DNA of 64,000 nt from Escherichia coli. GTDB taxonomy: Bacteria; Pseudomonadota; Gammaproteobacteria; Enterobacterales; Enterobacteriaceae. Position 1 is the stretch's first letter, and each line of letters starts with the position of its first letter. The stretch lies in assembly GCF_024223415.1 (NCBI RefSeq), contig NZ_CP100500.1; one strand, 5' to 3'. Shown here piece after piece: positions 22,376 to 35,600 of this stretch. The notes under the pieces were generated by a model that saw only the letters and a program-made list of their open reading frames with translations, did no database searches and was not told the origin of the DNA. A program made the position numbers and the translations under genes.

Positions 22376-23397
22376 AGTTTATTCAGAACAACCGTGAAAT
22401 CACGGCACTGCTGGCGGTGGTGCTGCTGTTTGTATTACCCGGTTTTCTCGACCGCCAGTATTTAAGTGTGCAAACGCTGACCATGGTTTATAGCAGCGCG
22501 CAAATCCTGATCCTGCTGGCAATGGGCGCGACGCTGGTAATGCTTACGCGCAATATTGATGTTTCAGTGGGTTCGATTACCGGAATGTGCGCGGTGCTGT
22601 TGGGGATGTTACTGAACGCGGGGTATTCACTACCTGTTGCTTGTGTCGCGACTTTACTGCTTGGTTTGCTCGCGGGATTTTTCAACGGTGTCCTGGTCGC
22701 GTGGCTAAAGATCCCTGCCATTGTTGCCACCCTTGGCACGTTAGGGTTGTACAGAGGCATCATGTTGCTGTGGACTGGCGGTAAATGGATTGAAGGGTTA
22801 CCCGCCGAACTGAAACAGCTCTCCGCCCCGCTGCTGCTTGGCGTTTCAGCAATTGGTTGGTTAACGATAATTCTGGTGGCATTTATGGCCTGGCTGCTGG
22901 CGAAGACAGCGTTTGGACGCAGTTTTTATGCCACGGGCGATAATTTACAGGGAGCTCGTCAACTGGGCGTTCGTACGGAAGCCATTCGCATTGTGGCATT
23001 TTCGTTGAACGGCTGCATGGCGGCACTGGCGGGAATTGTGTTTGCTTCGCAGATTGGTTTTATCCCCAACCAGACCGGTACCGGGCTGGAGATGAAAGCA
23101 ATTGCAGCCTGCGTGCTGGGCGGCATTAGTTTGCTCGGCGGTTCCGGTGCGATCATCGGTGCGGTACTCGGCGCATGGTTCCTGACGCAGATCGATAGCG
23201 TACTGGTGCTGTTGCGCATTCCGGCATGGTGGAATGATTTTATCGCGGGTCTGGTTCTGCTGGCGGTGCTGGTGTTTGATGGACGCCTGCGTTGTGCGCT
23301 GGAACGTAATCTGCGGCGGCAAAAATATGCCCGCTTTATGACGCCACCGCCATCCGTTAAACCCGCTTCGTCAGGTAAAAAACGGGAGGCTGCATAA
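22369..23397 (+). CDS. lsrC: AI-2 ABC transporter permease (342 aa)
   Basis: Polytopic membrane protein; overlaps lsrA stop. Confidence 0.95.
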
Positions 23398-24389
23398 TGC
23401 GTATTCGCTACGGTTGGGAACTGGCTCTTGCCGCACTGCTTGTTATTGAGATTGTCTCATTTGGTGCAATTAACCCGCGGATGTTAGATCTCAATATGTT
23501 GCTGTTCAGCACCAGTGACTTTATCTGCATTGGCATTGTCGCCCTACCGCTGACGATGGTGATTGTCAGTGGCGGGATCGATATTTCGTTTGGTTCGACC
23601 ATCGGCCTCTGCGCCATTGCATTGGGCGTACTGTTTCAAAGTGGTGTGCCGATGCCGCTGGCGATTCTCCTGACCTTACTGCTCGGCGCATTGTGCGGGC
23701 TGATCAACGCCGGATTAATTATCTATACCAAAGTTAACCCGCTGGTGATTACGCTTGGCACGCTGTATCTGTTTGCCGGAAGCGCCCTGCTGCTTTCCGG
23801 GATGGCCGGGGCGACGGGGTACGAAGGTATTGGTGGATTCCCGATGGCGTTTACAGATTTCGCTAACCTGGATGTGTTGGGGCTCCCCGTTCCGCTGATT
23901 ATCTTCCTGATATGTCTCCTCGTTTTCTGGCTCTGGCTGCATAAAACCCATGCCGGACGTAACGTGTTTTTGATTGGGCAAAGCCCGCGCGTGGCGCTTT
24001 ATAGCGCGATTCCAGTTAACCGTACCTTATGTGCGCTCTATGCCATGACGGGGCTGGCGTCTGCGGTCGCCGCTGTGCTGCTGGTGTCGTATTTTGGTTC
24101 AGCACGTTCCGATCTCGGTGCGTCGTTTCTGATGCCCGCCATCACCGCCGTGGTGCTTGGCGGTGCCAATATTTATGGTGGTTCCGGTTCCATTATCGGC
24201 ACCGCCATTGCGGTTTTATTAGTGGGATATTTGCAACAAGGTTTGCAAATGGCAGGAGTGCCAAATCAGGTGTCCAGCGCCCTTTCCGGTGCGCTACTTA
24301 TCGTCGTTGTCGTAGGTCGTTCCGTTAGCCTGCATCGCCAGCAAATTAAAGAGTGGCTGGCGCGTCGGGCCAATAACCCATTGCCATAA
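23397..24389 (+). CDS. lsrD: AI-2 ABC transporter permease (330 aa)
   Basis: Polytopic membrane protein; overlapping start/stop with lsrC. Confidence 0.95.
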   Translation: MRIRYGWELALAALLVIEIVSFGAINPRMLDLNMLLFSTSDFICIGIVALPLTMVIVSGGIDISFGSTIGLCAIALGVLFQSGVPMPLAILLTLLLGALCGLINAGLIIYTKVNPLVITLGTLYLFAGSALLLSGMAGATGYEGIGGFPMAFTDFANLDVLGLPVPLIIFLICLLVFWLWLHKTHAGRNVFLIGQSPRVALYSAIPVNRTLCALYAMTGLASAVAAVLLVSYFGSARSDLGASFLMPAITAVVLGGANIYGGSGSIIGTAIAVLLVGYLQQGLQMAGVPNQVSSALSGALLIVVVVGRSVSLHRQQIKEWLARRANNPLP

Positions 24390-24400
24390 AGGATATCTTC

Positions 24401-25423
24401 ATGACACTTTATCGCTTTAAGAAAATCGCCTTACTTAGCGCTCTTGGCATTGCCGCAATCTCTATGAATGTGCAGGCCGCAGAGCGTATTGCATTTATTC
24501 CCAAACTGGTTGGCGTGGGATTTTTTACCAGCGGTGGCAACGGCGCACAACAAGCGGGTAAAGAGCTGGGCGTTGATGTGACCTACGACGGGCCGACAGA
24601 ACCCAGTGTTTCTGGTCAGGTACAGTTGATTAATAACTTCGTCAATCAAGGTTATAACGCCATTATCGTTTCTGCGGTTTCGCCTGATGGCTTGTGTCCG
24701 GCACTGAAACGCGCCATGCAACGTGGTGTGAGAGTGCTGACCTGGGACTCTGATACTAAACCGGAGTGCCGCTCTTACTACATTAATCAGGGAACTCCCG
24801 CCCAGTTGGGAGGTATGTTGGTGGATATGGCGGCGCGTCAGGTGAATAAAGACAAAGCCAAAGTCGCGTTTTTCTACTCAAGCCCCACCGTTACGGACCA
24901 AAACCAGTGGGTGAAAGAAGCGAAAGCGAAAATCGCCAAAGAGCATCCTGGCTGGGAAATTGTCACTACGCAGTTTGGCTATAACGATGCCACTAAATCA
25001 TTACAAACCGCAGAAGGAATATTAAAAGCGTATAGCGATCTCGACGCCATTATCGCCCCCGATGCCAATGCCCTGCCCGCTGCCGCACAAGCCGCAGAAA
25101 ACCTGAAAAATGACAAAGTTGCGATTGTCGGATTCAGTACGCCAAACGTGATGCGTCCATATGTGGAACGCGGCACGGTGAAAGAATTTGGCCTGTGGGA
25201 TGTGGTTCAGCAAGGCAAAATTTCAGTTTATGTCGCGGATGCATTATTGAAAAAAGGATCAATGAAAACGGGCGACAAGCTGGATATTCAGGGCGTAGGT
25301 CAGGTGGAAGTCTCGCCAAACAGCGTCCAGGGCTATGACTACGAAGCGGATGGTAATGGCATCGTACTGTTACCGGAGCGCGTGATATTCAACAAAGAGA
25401 ATATCGGCAAATACGATTTCTGA
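24401..25423 (+). CDS. lsrB: periplasmic AI-2 binding protein (340 aa)
   Basis: Signal peptide plus periplasmic-binding-protein fold size; operon context. Confidence 0.95.
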   Translation: MTLYRFKKIALLSALGIAAISMNVQAAERIAFIPKLVGVGFFTSGGNGAQQAGKELGVDVTYDGPTEPSVSGQVQLINNFVNQGYNAIIVSAVSPDGLCPALKRAMQRGVRVLTWDSDTKPECRSYYINQGTPAQLGGMLVDMAARQVNKDKAKVAFFYSSPTVTDQNQWVKEAKAKIAKEHPGWEIVTTQFGYNDATKSLQTAEGILKAYSDLDAIIAPDANALPAAAQAAENLKNDKVAIVGFSTPNVMRPYVERGTVKEFGLWDVVQQGKISVYVADALLKKGSMKTGDKLDIQGVGQVEVSPNSVQGYDYEADGNGIVLLPERVIFNKENIGKYDF

Positions 25424-25449
25424 TGTGCATTACTTAACCGGAGTAAGTT

Positions 25450-26325
25450 ATGGCAGATTTAGACGATATTAAAGATGGTAAAGATTTTCGTACCGATCAA
25501 CCGCAAAAAAATATCCCTTTTACCCTGAAAGGTTGCGGTGCGCTGGATTGGGGAATGCAGTCACGCTTATCGCGGATATTTAATCCGAAAACGGGTAAAA
25601 CCGTGATGCTGGCTTTTGACCATGGTTATTTTCAGGGACCAACTACCGGACTTGAACGCATTGATATAAATATCGCCCCGCTGTTTGAACATGCCGATGT
25701 ATTAATGTGTACGCGCGGGATTTTGCGCAGCGTAGTTCCCCCGGCGACCAATAAGCCGGTGGTACTGCGGGCGTCAGGTGCGAACTCTATCCTGGCGGAA
25801 TTAAGCAATGAAGCCGTGGCGTTATCGATGGATGACGCCGTGCGCCTGAACAGTTGCGCGGTGGCGGCGCAGGTTTATATCGGCAGCGAATATGAACATC
25901 AGTCGATCAAAAATATTATTCAGCTGGTCGATGCCGGAATGAAAGTGGGAATGCCGACCATGGCCGTGACTGGCGTGGGCAAAGACATGGTGCGCGATCA
26001 GCGTTATTTCTCGCTCGCGACTCGAATCGCCGCTGAAATGGGGGCGCAAATTATCAAAACCTATTATGTCGAAAAAGGTTTTGAACGGATTGTTGCCGGA
26101 TGTCCGGTACCCATTGTTATTGCTGGCGGTAAAAAATTACCGGAGCGCGAGGCGCTGGAAATGTGCTGGCAGGCTATCGATCAGGGCGCTTCTGGTGTGG
26201 ATATGGGGCGTAATATTTTCCAGTCTGACCATCCGGTGGCGATGATGAAAGCCGTACAGGCGGTGGTTCACCATAACGAAACGGCTGATCGGGCATATGA
26301 ACTCTATCTGAGTGAAAAACAGTAA
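25450..26325 (+). CDS. lsrF: 3-hydroxy-5-phosphonooxypentane-2,4-dione thiolase, aldolase-like (291 aa)
   Basis: 291-aa class I aldolase-like ORF; operon context. Confidence 0.95.
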   Translation: MADLDDIKDGKDFRTDQPQKNIPFTLKGCGALDWGMQSRLSRIFNPKTGKTVMLAFDHGYFQGPTTGLERIDINIAPLFEHADVLMCTRGILRSVVPPATNKPVVLRASGANSILAELSNEAVALSMDDAVRLNSCAVAAQVYIGSEYEHQSIKNIIQLVDAGMKVGMPTMAVTGVGKDMVRDQRYFSLATRIAAEMGAQIIKTYYVEKGFERIVAGCPVPIVIAGGKKLPEREALEMCWQAIDQGASGVDMGRNIFQSDHPVAMMKAVQAVVHHNETADRAYELYLSEKQ

Positions 26326-26348
26326 CTGCGGATTTAAGGAGAAGAATT

Positions 26349-26639
26349 ATGCACGTCACACTGGTTGAAATTAACGTTCATGAAGACAAGGTTGACGAGT
26401 TTATCGAAGTTTTTCGCCAGAACCACCTGGGCTCTGTACAGGAAGAAGGCAATTTGCGCTTCGATGTCTTACAGGACCCGGAAGTGAATTCGCGCTTTTA
26501 TATCTACGAAGCCTATAAAGATGAAGACGCAGTGGCGTTCCATAAAACCACGCCCCACTACAAAACCTGTGTCGCGAAACTGGAATCTTTAATGACCGGG
26601 CCGCGTAAAAAACGTCTGTTCAATGGGTTGATGCCGTGA
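26349..26639 (+). CDS. lsrG: phospho-AI-2 isomerase (96 aa)
   Basis: 96-aa ABM-monooxygenase-like ORF; last gene of operon. Confidence 0.95.
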   Translation: MHVTLVEINVHEDKVDEFIEVFRQNHLGSVQEEGNLRFDVLQDPEVNSRFYIYEAYKDEDAVAFHKTTPHYKTCVAKLESLMTGPRKKRLFNGLMP

Positions 26640-26695
26640 GGCGAATTTATCAGTTTTATCTACAATTGGGGTAACGCGCTGACGGGAGTAAAAAA

Positions 26696-27454
26696 ATGTC
26701 TGACTGGAACCCCTCTTTATATCTGCACTTTGCCGCTGAACGATCGCGTCCGGCGGTGGAGCTGCTTGCCAGAGTGCCGCTGGAGAATGTCGAATATGTA
26801 GCCGATCTTGGCTGTGGCCCAGGTAACAGCACCGCCCTTCTACAACAACGTTGGCCTGCTGCCAGGATAACGGGCATCGACTCGTCTCCGGCGATGGTTG
26901 CCGAAGCACGCAGTGCTTTGCCGGACTGCCAGTTTGTGGAAGCAGATATCCGCAATTGGCAACCGGAACAGACACTCGATCTGATTTTTGCTAATGCCTC
27001 ACTGCAATGGCTGCCCGACCACTACGAATTGTTTCCTCATCTGGTTTCGTTACTTAATCCGCAGGGCGTGCTGGCAGTACAGATGCCAGATAACTGGCTG
27101 GAGCCGACCCATGTGCTCATGCGCGAAGTTGCCTGGGAACAAAACTACCCGGATCGCGGGCGTGAGCCGCTGGCAGGCGTTCATGCTTACTACGATATTT
27201 TGAGCGAAGCCGGATGTAAGGTCGATATCTGGCGAACCACTTACTATCATCAGATGCCGTCGCACCAGGCGATTATCGATTGGGTGACTGCCACTGGATT
27301 ACGTCCGTGGTTACAGGATCTGACCGAGAGCGAACAGCAGCATTTTCTTACGCGCTACCATCAGATGTTGGAAGAGCAGTATCCACTGCAAGAGAACGGA
27401 CAGATACTGCTGGCATTTCCGCGTCTGTTTATTGTTGCCCGGCGTACGGAGTAA
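26696..27454 (+). CDS. tam: trans-aconitate 2-methyltransferase (252 aa)
   Basis: SAM-binding motif DLGCGPGN; 252 aa. Confidence 0.9.
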   Translation: MSDWNPSLYLHFAAERSRPAVELLARVPLENVEYVADLGCGPGNSTALLQQRWPAARITGIDSSPAMVAEARSALPDCQFVEADIRNWQPEQTLDLIFANASLQWLPDHYELFPHLVSLLNPQGVLAVQMPDNWLEPTHVLMREVAWEQNYPDRGREPLAGVHAYYDILSEAGCKVDIWRTTYYHQMPSHQAIIDWVTATGLRPWLQDLTESEQQHFLTRYHQMLEEQYPLQENGQILLAFPRLFIVARRTE

Positions 27455-27457
27455 GTA

Positions 27458-28372
27458 TCACGTCAGCTGGTAATGACGATCGGGAAGAATTTTTGCTGGA
27501 ATTTCGGCTTCATCGTTCATCTGTAAGAGGTCAATTTCAATAGCGTTACAGATGGCATCCAGTGGTAAATCATTGTTTTCAATACCGAACGGATCTTCCA
27601 GTTCTTCCGCCAGACAATCCAGCGAAATAAAAGTGTAGGAAATCAGCACAGAAATAAAAGGCGTCATGTAATGCAGGTCCACGACCAGCGCGAACGGCAG
27701 CATGATACAAAACAGATAAACGGTACGATGCAAAATCAGGGTATAGGCAAAGGGAATTGGCGTGTAGGCAATGCGCTCGCAGCCTGCCAGAACCGCTGAA
27801 ATATCGTTAAGCCGATCGTTGAGGCTAATAAACAGGATATCTGAAAGCTGTCCATTGCGGCGCTGAACCGCCAACCATTCTCCCATTATTAACAAGATAC
27901 GGTTAGCTGGAGAGTTCGAAGCCAGTACACGCTGAAGATCTTCAGTCTTGAGATAATGAGCCAGCACTTCCGCCTGTGGCTGTTTGCGTAATGTCATGCG
28001 TAAACAGTGGGCGAAGGCGATTTGCAGCCGGGCAAACTCCCTTACACTTGCCGAATCCGGCAATGTCGTTTTTACTTCGCCCAGTAACGACCGCGAGGCA
28101 ATCATCAACTGCCCCCAAAGTTTGCGCGCTTCAACGTAACGGGCGTACCCGGCATTATTACGAAAACCAAGAAAAATGGCGATGGCGACACCGAGAATGC
28201 TGAACGGTGCGAGGGTGAATTTGATGCCCAAATGCGTGTACCAGGGCAGCATGAAAATAACAGCGATAGAAAAGAGAAAATTGAGTAGTAAGCGCGAGGA
28301 TATCTTGGATAATACTGAGCCATGCCAGACAAAAATACGGCGCAGCCAGTGTTGTTGTGGACGAACGATCAT
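27458..28372 (-). CDS. yneE: bestrophin-family membrane protein (304 aa)
   Basis: Start placed at internal ATG 28372 (MIVRPQQHWLRRIF…); hydrophobic helices. Confidence 0.85.
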   Translation of the reverse strand: MIVRPQQHWLRRIFVWHGSVLSKISSRLLLNFLFSIAVIFMLPWYTHLGIKFTLAPFSILGVAIAIFLGFRNNAGYARYVEARKLWGQLMIASRSLLGEVKTTLPDSASVREFARLQIAFAHCLRMTLRKQPQAEVLAHYLKTEDLQRVLASNSPANRILLIMGEWLAVQRRNGQLSDILFISLNDRLNDISAVLAGCERIAYTPIPFAYTLILHRTVYLFCIMLPFALVVDLHYMTPFISVLISYTFISLDCLAEELEDPFGIENNDLPLDAICNAIEIDLLQMNDEAEIPAKILPDRHYQLT

Positions 28373-28530
28373 GGTTATCTTCAGGCGTGGAAAAGTCGCC
28401 CTATTAAACGTGATTACGATCACATTCTCAAGACATGACTTACAAATTACCTACAAGCTTACAACATTAACAGGTGCTGCATGTGGCACCTGTTAATGAT
28501 AAAGGCATATAGGATGTTGTAACTAATATA

Positions 28531-28561
28531 GTGAAATGAGAAACCCGGTCGAAACCGGGTT
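28531..28561 (-). terminator. putative terminator downstream of uxaB
   Basis: Hairpin aacccggt-cgaa-accgggtt 8 nt past the uxaB stop. Confidence 0.4.
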
Positions 28562-28568
28562 CAGAGTA

Positions 28569-30020
28569 TTAGCACAACGGACGTACAGCTTCGCGCATCC
28601 CTTTTTCAAGAATCGCATCCAGGTCATTAGCAACCTGCTCGACCAGACCAGGCACTTGCGTCAGGTCCTGCTCCCAGTGGTCTTTTTCTGCCAACACAAT
28701 CGCTACCAGTTCCTGGGTACCGATAACACGGTCACGATGCTGGCTCCAGAGTTGCTGATAACGTTCCAGCCAGTGTGCATCGTCCTGTACCGGATATGTT
28801 TCTCCGTTACGCTCACCGCGATAGAACGCAATCAATGCCGCTAATGCGAAAGTAAGGCGCGCCGGAAGTGTGCCGTTTGCCTTCTGCCCTGCCAGCAGCT
28901 GCGGCAGGATGCGGGTACGGAACTTGGTCATACCGTTGAGCGCGATAGACAGCAGCTGATGCTTAATGTACGGGTTACGGAAACGCCCGGTAACTGCACT
29001 GGCGAAAGATTCCAGTTCATCGCGTGGCAAATCCAGTACCGGAATAATTTCTTCGTAGATGGCTTTTTCAACGAATGCGCAAATTTCAGCATCGTTCATC
29101 GCTTCACCTACGGTATCCAGCCCTGCCTGGAACGCCACCGGCACCAACGCGGTGTGTGCACCGTTGAGTATTGCCACTTTGCGTTCTTTATACGGTTTAA
29201 TATCGTCAACAATCAGCACGTTGAGCGGATATTTGTCCAGACGCAGTTCAGTCGCTAAGGATTTCGGTCCCTGAATCACAAACAGGTAAAAGTGTTCAGC
29301 GGTGTCGAGGAAACCATCGTGATAACCCAGTTCTTCTTCCAGTTTAGCCACTTCATCACGCGGATAGCCGGTAACGATACGGTCCACCAGCGTAGAACAG
29401 AAGCTGTTAGCCTGATCCAGCCATTGAATAAATGCTTCTGGCAGTGCCCACTCTTGCGCATAGCGCAGCACCAGTTCACGCAACGCGTCGCCATTGTAGT
29501 CGATCAACTCACACGGGATGATGATCCAACCTTTATCCAGCGCACCGTTGAAATGGCTAAAACGTTCGAACAGCAGACGGGTCAGTTTTGCCGGATAACT
29601 TACCGCTGGCGCGTCATCGAATTTATCGCCCGCATGGTAGCTGATACCCGCTTCGGTGGTGTTAGAGAAAACAAAGCGCATTTCCGGGTTGTGCGCCAGT
29701 TTCAGGAATTCATCGTATTCACTGTAGACGCTGATTTCACGATTAACCGAGCGAATCAGACGCGCGTCGCTGACCGCTTCCCCCTTCTCATTCAGGCCAC
29801 GGATAATGGTGGTGTACAGACCATCCTGCGTGCTCAGTGACGGCGGGAATGAAGTTTCAATCGGACGAACAACGACCACACCAGAATTCAGATCGGTGTG
29901 CTCATTCAGGAGATCGATTTGCCAGTCAACAAAGGCGCGCAGGAAGTTACCTTCACCAAACTGAATGATACGTTCTGGATACTGCGCACCGGGAAAATCG
30001 CGACGATTTAGTGTTTTCAC
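28569..30020 (-). CDS. uxaB: altronate oxidoreductase / tagaturonate reductase (483 aa)
   Basis: 483-aa mannitol-dehydrogenase-family ORF. Confidence 0.95.
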   Translation of the reverse strand: MKTLNRRDFPGAQYPERIIQFGEGNFLRAFVDWQIDLLNEHTDLNSGVVVVRPIETSFPPSLSTQDGLYTTIIRGLNEKGEAVSDARLIRSVNREISVYSEYDEFLKLAHNPEMRFVFSNTTEAGISYHAGDKFDDAPAVSYPAKLTRLLFERFSHFNGALDKGWIIIPCELIDYNGDALRELVLRYAQEWALPEAFIQWLDQANSFCSTLVDRIVTGYPRDEVAKLEEELGYHDGFLDTAEHFYLFVIQGPKSLATELRLDKYPLNVLIVDDIKPYKERKVAILNGAHTALVPVAFQAGLDTVGEAMNDAEICAFVEKAIYEEIIPVLDLPRDELESFASAVTGRFRNPYIKHQLLSIALNGMTKFRTRILPQLLAGQKANGTLPARLTFALAALIAFYRGERNGETYPVQDDAHWLERYQQLWSQHRDRVIGTQELVAIVLAEKDHWEQDLTQVPGLVEQVANDLDAILEKGMREAVRPLC

Positions 30021-30047
30021 AATGGGTTCCCTTCTGATTAGTCATAC

Positions 30048-30074
30048 AACCTGTTTGAATTGGTACGACAGGTT
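30048..30074. promoter_or_regulatory. palindromic operator candidate upstream of uxaB (ExuR-type)
   Basis: AACCTGT-N13-ACAGGTT inverted repeat 28 to 54 bp upstream of the uxaB start. Confidence 0.35.
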
Positions 30075-30246
30075 AGCAAACTTTAATACGACGAACCCCT
30101 GTTTTGATCAACTCCTGATGATTAATGAGCAGTTTTATGAGAAAAGTGTGGCGCGGATCATGGTTTAATCGAGGAAAAACGCCTTTTCCTGGATCATAAA
30201 GTGGTAGAACACATTGCATTTAAATCGCTCTGAATGAACAAAGATG

Positions 30247-31665
30247 TCAGACAACTTCCTCACCGTAACGCATAGTGCTGGTACGGTTGCGCCCATCTTT
30301 CTTCGAGCGATACAGACACGTATCGGCTTCGACCATCAATTTATTAAAGTCATCGGTCAGCGTTCGGTACGATGCGCGACCACTACCGACGCCAATACTT
30401 ACCGTGAGATAAAGCGTTTTTTGTTGCCAGGTGAATGGTTGCAGTTCAACGCCTTTACGGATTTTTTCCGCCATTAGCAGACCATCGACAGGATTCACCG
30501 ACGGCACTGCAACAGCAAATTCTTCGCCGCCCATGCGCGCCACCAGCCCCTTATCACCGACAATCTTCTGAATATGCCGGGCAAACACGCTTAACACTTT
30601 ATCGCCACATTCATGTCCATAGTTATCGTTAATACTTTTGAAATAGTCGATATCAAGCAGCATGACAGTCAGATGTTGTGTCTGTTTCAGCGATGGACTT
30701 TTCAGCGCCTCATAAAGACCGGACCGTGAGTAAACCTGAGTCAGAAAATCAAAGTCGGCTCGCAGCGCAACTTGCTTCATTAGCGAATTGATCGCTGCCA
30801 CGCTAAAAGAAACCATAATTGGGCATATCGCCATCGTGGCAATACCGAGACGTGCGGAGAACATTTCCGGAATGGAGAACGGCGAACCGACCGAGATATC
30901 AATCACCGAATTAGCCACCAGTACGATTTCCACCGCACCGGTGACAAAGGTCAACAGACATGTTACCTGCGGCGTATAGCGCACTGCACACCAGATTAAT
31001 GCAGGCAGCGGGAACGCCAGACTCCCCGCTCCGCCAATGACTACCGAGGCAATAACCGACACAATAAGCGCGATGGCGGGCATCATCTGTTCTGCTTTAA
31101 AGCGCGGCAGCACTCCAGGAATAGCCAACGTCAGCATACAAGGCACGATCAACACGCCCGTTGAGAATTGCTCACTGAACCAGTCCGCAAGCAAAGGCCA
31201 GAAATCCAGACTATCAATACTGACCGAACCAATCGCCCCGACAATAGCGCATAATAATGCGGCAATCAGACAGTAATTAAATAGCCGTAAGGCACTTACT
31301 GGCTCATACTTATTTTTCCCCAGACGCTTATCCCGCACGACCAGTAAGGCGACGGTAACAATAAACATCATATTGGAGAAATTGATAGCCAGTGAAACCA
31401 GTCCCCATTCGGTGGTTATGGCATCATAAACCAGCATCGCCACATAACTGATCGCGTAGTAATGCAGTCGATTAAGCCAGACATAGCGGGCAAACACCCC
31501 CGCCATTACGCCATTCAGCGGCCAGAAAAGAGAAAGTTCGTGAACCAGCCGTAACTCTGCACCAATAAAATAGAACAGCGTGGTTAGCGCAAAAATAGCG
31601 ATGCTATTACGTAGCAGATGACCTTCCTGGAACAAACGGAAAGTTGAAATGGGGTGTACATGCAT
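30247..31665 (-). CDS. dgcF: membrane-anchored diguanylate cyclase (472 aa)
   Basis: Multiple N-terminal TM helices and C-terminal GGDEF domain with GGEEF motif (ARMGGEEFAVAV). Confidence 0.9.
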   Translation of the reverse strand: MHVHPISTFRLFQEGHLLRNSIAIFALTTLFYFIGAELRLVHELSLFWPLNGVMAGVFARYVWLNRLHYYAISYVAMLVYDAITTEWGLVSLAINFSNMMFIVTVALLVVRDKRLGKNKYEPVSALRLFNYCLIAALLCAIVGAIGSVSIDSLDFWPLLADWFSEQFSTGVLIVPCMLTLAIPGVLPRFKAEQMMPAIALIVSVIASVVIGGAGSLAFPLPALIWCAVRYTPQVTCLLTFVTGAVEIVLVANSVIDISVGSPFSIPEMFSARLGIATMAICPIMVSFSVAAINSLMKQVALRADFDFLTQVYSRSGLYEALKSPSLKQTQHLTVMLLDIDYFKSINDNYGHECGDKVLSVFARHIQKIVGDKGLVARMGGEEFAVAVPSVNPVDGLLMAEKIRKGVELQPFTWQQKTLYLTVSIGVGSGRASYRTLTDDFNKLMVEADTCLYRSKKDGRNRTSTMRYGEEVV

Positions 31666-31803
31666 TAATTATCTGTCCATACAATTGCGGGTGGCAATTA
31701 TCTCAACGTAATAAGTAAATTCTCATAAAGGATAGCATGTTCGCTGACAGCGGCGGCAAATAAAGGTACCCTGGGAATGCTATTTTATCGTTTTCCGCAA
31801 TTC

Positions 31804-32163
31804 TCATGGCTGATTCATCTGTACAACCAGCCAGTGATAGATTACCGCCACGATATAACGTTGTTGTTCTTCGCTTAACGAAACACCCTGCGGAATGTTA
31901 TGCCACTTAGCCAGACAACCGCGACAGCAGGTCGCGGTGGCGTGCTGAGCGATAAACACCGGATGCCCGCGCATGGGGGTTTGCTTACCGTCATTAGCCG
32001 GTAATGCCGGAGCAAGACGTTTAGCGACAAAATCCGCCGCATGTTGTTCGATGACTGGCGCGCCTTTCTCCAGACAATACTGACGCTCTTTCATGCCCAA
32101 ACGAAAGCGAGATCGAAATTTTGAACGGGATAAACGCGCGAAGAGTGGATCGAGAGACTGCAT
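31804..32163 (-). CDS. yneG: DUF4186-family protein (119 aa)
   Basis: 119-aa ORF; stop/start overlap with glsB. Confidence 0.85.
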   Translation of the reverse strand: MQSLDPLFARLSRSKFRSRFRLGMKERQYCLEKGAPVIEQHAADFVAKRLAPALPANDGKQTPMRGHPVFIAQHATATCCRGCLAKWHNIPQGVSLSEEQQRYIVAVIYHWLVVQMNQP

Positions 32164-33089
32164 TAATAAACCGAACGCCCTAACTGTTTCGTCAATTGTT
32201 CAAGGACGGCAATGCCCGCAAGCGAGTTACCTGCATCATCCAGTTCCGGACTCCAGACTGCGATGGCCATTTCATGCGGAACAATCGCCACAATACCGCC
32301 CCCAACGCCAGATTTCGCCGGTAGTCCCACCCGCCAGGCAAACTCCCCCGCGTTCTGGTACATACCACTGGTCGCCATCAGCGCGTTAATTTGCCGCGCC
32401 TGCATTGGCGTCACCACTGGTTCATCAATATGAATAGCTTTCCCCTGATTAGCCAGAAAGACAAACGTCCGGGCCAGCTCTACACAGCTCATTTTCAGAG
32501 CGCAGTAATGAAAGTAGTTTTGCAGAACGGTTGTCACGTCATGATGGAAATTGCCAAACGACTTCATCAGCCAGGCGATAGCCGCATTTCGCGCGGAATG
32601 TTCAAATTCGGAACGCGCTACCACCGTATCGTAGGAAATATCAGACACACCGCTTAAGCCGCGCACGACTTCCAGCATACGTTGCCGTGGTGCGCTTAAT
32701 CGCCCTTGCAACATATCGCAGACCACCAGCGCACCGGCATTAATAAACGGATTACGCGGAATACCCTGCTCCATTTCCAGTTGCACTAAAGAATTGAACG
32801 GTGATCCAGACGGATCTTTGCCGACGCGTTGCCAGATTTCCTCTTCGGAGTAATGACGCATGGCGACAACGAGACTCAGCACTTTAGAAATAGACTGAAT
32901 GGAAAAACGTTCTTGCGCGTCTCCGGCCTGAAAAAGCTGTCCGTCAACGGTACAGATAGCAATGCCCAATCGGGAACCGTCTACCGTAGCCAGCGCTGGG
33001 ATATAATCCGCGACTTTACCCTGACCAATGAGCGGCCGGACTTGCCGCAAGATGTTTTCTAAAATTGCATTATCCATGGCGACTGCCAC
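32163..33089 (-). CDS. glsB: glutaminase 2 (308 aa)
   Basis: 308-aa serine-dependent glutaminase-family ORF. Confidence 0.9.
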   Translation of the reverse strand: MAVAMDNAILENILRQVRPLIGQGKVADYIPALATVDGSRLGIAICTVDGQLFQAGDAQERFSIQSISKVLSLVVAMRHYSEEEIWQRVGKDPSGSPFNSLVQLEMEQGIPRNPFINAGALVVCDMLQGRLSAPRQRMLEVVRGLSGVSDISYDTVVARSEFEHSARNAAIAWLMKSFGNFHHDVTTVLQNYFHYCALKMSCVELARTFVFLANQGKAIHIDEPVVTPMQARQINALMATSGMYQNAGEFAWRVGLPAKSGVGGGIVAIVPHEMAIAVWSPELDDAGNSLAGIAVLEQLTKQLGRSVY

Positions 33090-33152
33090 TTTCTACTCCT
33101 GGACCGCAGGTCTGAAAAGACCTGCGAGTATATCAGAGCTGAATATGTCGCG

Positions 33153-34541
33153 TCAGATCCGGTCTTTCCACACCGTCTGGATATTACAGAATTCGTGTAA
33201 GCCGAAATGGGAAAGCTCACGACCAAAGCCACTCTTTTTCACGCCACCAAAGGCCACTCGCGCGTCGCTGGCACAATAACCATTGATAAACACCCCACCG
33301 CATTCCAGACGTGCCGCCATCTGTCTGGCCTGTGTTTCGTCGGTGGTAAAAATGGTCGCTGAAAGGCCGAACTCACTATCATTAGCCAGTTCCAGCGCAT
33401 GTTCTGCATCTTTCGCAATGGTGATTGCCGCAACGGGGCCAAACATTTCTTCCCGAAACGCGGTCATTTCTGGGGTAACATTCGCCAGAACCGTTGGCGG
33501 ATAGTAGTTACCTGCCCCAGCCATCTTTTCCCCGCCCAGTAACAAACGCGCACCTTGCGCCAGGGTTTTCTCCACCTGATGATGCAGCTCATCACGTAAA
33601 TCGAAACGAGCCATTGGTCCGAGAGCGTTATCTTCGTCACGGGGATCGCCCATTTTCAAGGCTGCCGCAGCTGCCACAAAACGTTCGGTAAATGCCGAAG
33701 CAATTCCCTCTTCGATAATAAAGCGTTTTGCCGCTGCACAAACCTGTCCGGTATTCTGATAACGTCCGGCTACCGCCGCTTTAACCGCCAGTTCCAGATC
33801 GGCATCGTTAAGCACAATAAATGGATCCGAACCGCCCAGTTCCAGTACGCATTTTTTCAGTGCCGCTCCAGCCTGTGCACCAATAGCCGCTCCCGCACGA
33901 ACACTTCCGGTCACCGTGACAGCAGCAATGCGCGAGTCTTTAATCATCTGACTGACACCGTCGTTGTGGGCATTCAGCCAGCCATATACGCCTTGTGGGA
34001 TTCCCGCATCTTTAAACACCTGGGCAATGAGCTGAGCACAGCCCATCACATTCGGCGCATGTTTAAGTAAGTAACCGTTACCAGCAAGAATGATGGGAAC
34101 AGCGCCACGCATCACCTGCCATAACGGAAAATTCCACGGCATAATCGCCAGAATCGTCCCCAACGGTCGATACTCAATAACTGCCTGCTGATTTTCCACC
34201 AGCGTAGGTTCCGCCTTCAGCATTGCCGGACCATGTTCTGCATACCAGTCACACAAATTCGCCGATTTCGCCACTTCAGCGCGCGCCTGGTTGATTGGTT
34301 TGCCCATTTCGCGGGTGATCATTTGCGCCATTTCTTCGCTACGGGCGCGCAGAGCCTTACCGATATCACGCAGTTTTTCAGCACGATAATCTATATTTGT
34401 CTCGCGCCAGTCACGAAAGCCTGCTGCCGCCAGCTGAAGTGTGTTTTCGATATCATCAGCGCCAGCCCACGGCAGCACAGAAAGTTGTTCACCCGTGGCA
34501 GGATTTATCGAAATTGCATGAGTTGCCGGAGTAATGGTCAT
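33153..34541 (-). CDS. sad: NAD-dependent succinate-semialdehyde dehydrogenase (462 aa)
   Basis: Start placed at internal ATG 34541 ([20 protein letters not shown]…); aldehyde dehydrogenase family. Confidence 0.9.
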   Translation of the reverse strand: MTITPATHAISINPATGEQLSVLPWAGADDIENTLQLAAAGFRDWRETNIDYRAEKLRDIGKALRARSEEMAQMITREMGKPINQARAEVAKSANLCDWYAEHGPAMLKAEPTLVENQQAVIEYRPLGTILAIMPWNFPLWQVMRGAVPIILAGNGYLLKHAPNVMGCAQLIAQVFKDAGIPQGVYGWLNAHNDGVSQMIKDSRIAAVTVTGSVRAGAAIGAQAGAALKKCVLELGGSDPFIVLNDADLELAVKAAVAGRYQNTGQVCAAAKRFIIEEGIASAFTERFVAAAAALKMGDPRDEDNALGPMARFDLRDELHHQVEKTLAQGARLLLGGEKMAGAGNYYPPTVLANVTPEMTAFREEMFGPVAAITIAKDAEHALELANDSEFGLSATIFTTDETQARQMAARLECGGVFINGYCASDARVAFGGVKKSGFGRELSHFGLHEFCNIQTVWKDRI

Positions 34542-34641
34542 CGGGGTATCTCCTTTATGAGTCATGGTATGAAGATACGCAGATTTACTCTTGCTTTAAA
34601 ATGAATAATATTAAGCCACTTATTCACGAATCGAGAATATT

Positions 34642-35523
34642 ATGGATCTGACCCAACTGGAGATGTTCAACGCGGTTGCCGAAGCTGGCAGCATTACGCA
34701 GGCTGCAGCAATAGTGCATCGCGTGCCGTCGAATCTCACTACCCGTCTACGCCAGCTGGAAACAGAACTGGGGGTAGATCTGTTTATTCGCGAGAATCAG
34801 CGTTTACGTCTATCTCCTGCCGGGCATAACTTTTTACGCTATAGCCAACAAATTCTCGCGTTAGTGGATGAAGCGCGGAGCGTTGTCGCTGGCGATGAGC
34901 CGCAAGGTTTATTTTCTCTGGGTTCGCTGGAAAGCACCGCAGCAGTTCGCATTCCGGCCACGCTGGCGGAATTCAACCGTCGTTATCCCAAAATTCAGTT
35001 TTCACTTTCCACCGGCCCTTCCGGCACTATGCTGGAAGGTGTGCTGGAGGGAAAACTTAATGCGGCGTTTATTGATGGACCCATTAACCATACTGCCATT
35101 GACGGGATACCGGTATACCGCGAGGAGCTGATGATCGTCACGCCACAAGGTCATGCGCCAGTAATCCGTGCCAGTCAGGTTAATGGCAGTAACATTTATG
35201 CCTTCCGTGCCAATTGTTCGTATCGTCGCCACTTCGAGAGCTGGTTTCATGCTGACGGTGCCGCTCCGGGAACTATCCATGAGATGGAGTCTTATCACGG
35301 AATGTTGGCCTGTGTAGTCGCAGGAGCAGGCATTGCGCTTATTCCGCGCTCTATGCTGGAAAGTATGCCGGGGCATCACCAGGTTGAAGCGTGGCCGTTA
35401 GCTGAGCAATGGCGTTGGTTAACAACCTGGCTGGTCTGGCGTCGTGGTGCGAAAACGCGTCCGCTCGAGGCATTTATTCAACTGCTGGATGTGCCTGACT
35501 CGACAAAACAGGGTTACCAATGA
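34642..35523 (+). CDS. yneJ: LysR-family transcriptional regulator (293 aa)
   Basis: N-terminal LysR HTH; divergent from sad. Confidence 0.9.
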   Translation: MDLTQLEMFNAVAEAGSITQAAAIVHRVPSNLTTRLRQLETELGVDLFIRENQRLRLSPAGHNFLRYSQQILALVDEARSVVAGDEPQGLFSLGSLESTAAVRIPATLAEFNRRYPKIQFSLSTGPSGTMLEGVLEGKLNAAFIDGPINHTAIDGIPVYREELMIVTPQGHAPVIRASQVNGSNIYAFRANCSYRRHFESWFHADGAAPGTIHEMESYHGMLACVVAGAGIALIPRSMLESMPGHHQVEAWPLAEQWRWLTTWLVWRRGAKTRPLEAFIQLLDVPDSTKQGYQ

Positions 35524-35600
35524 GCTATTTTTGATAGTTCTTGCGGCTAATATGCTCTATATAGTGATGTTCCGATGACTTATGACTATATGGGGCAAAT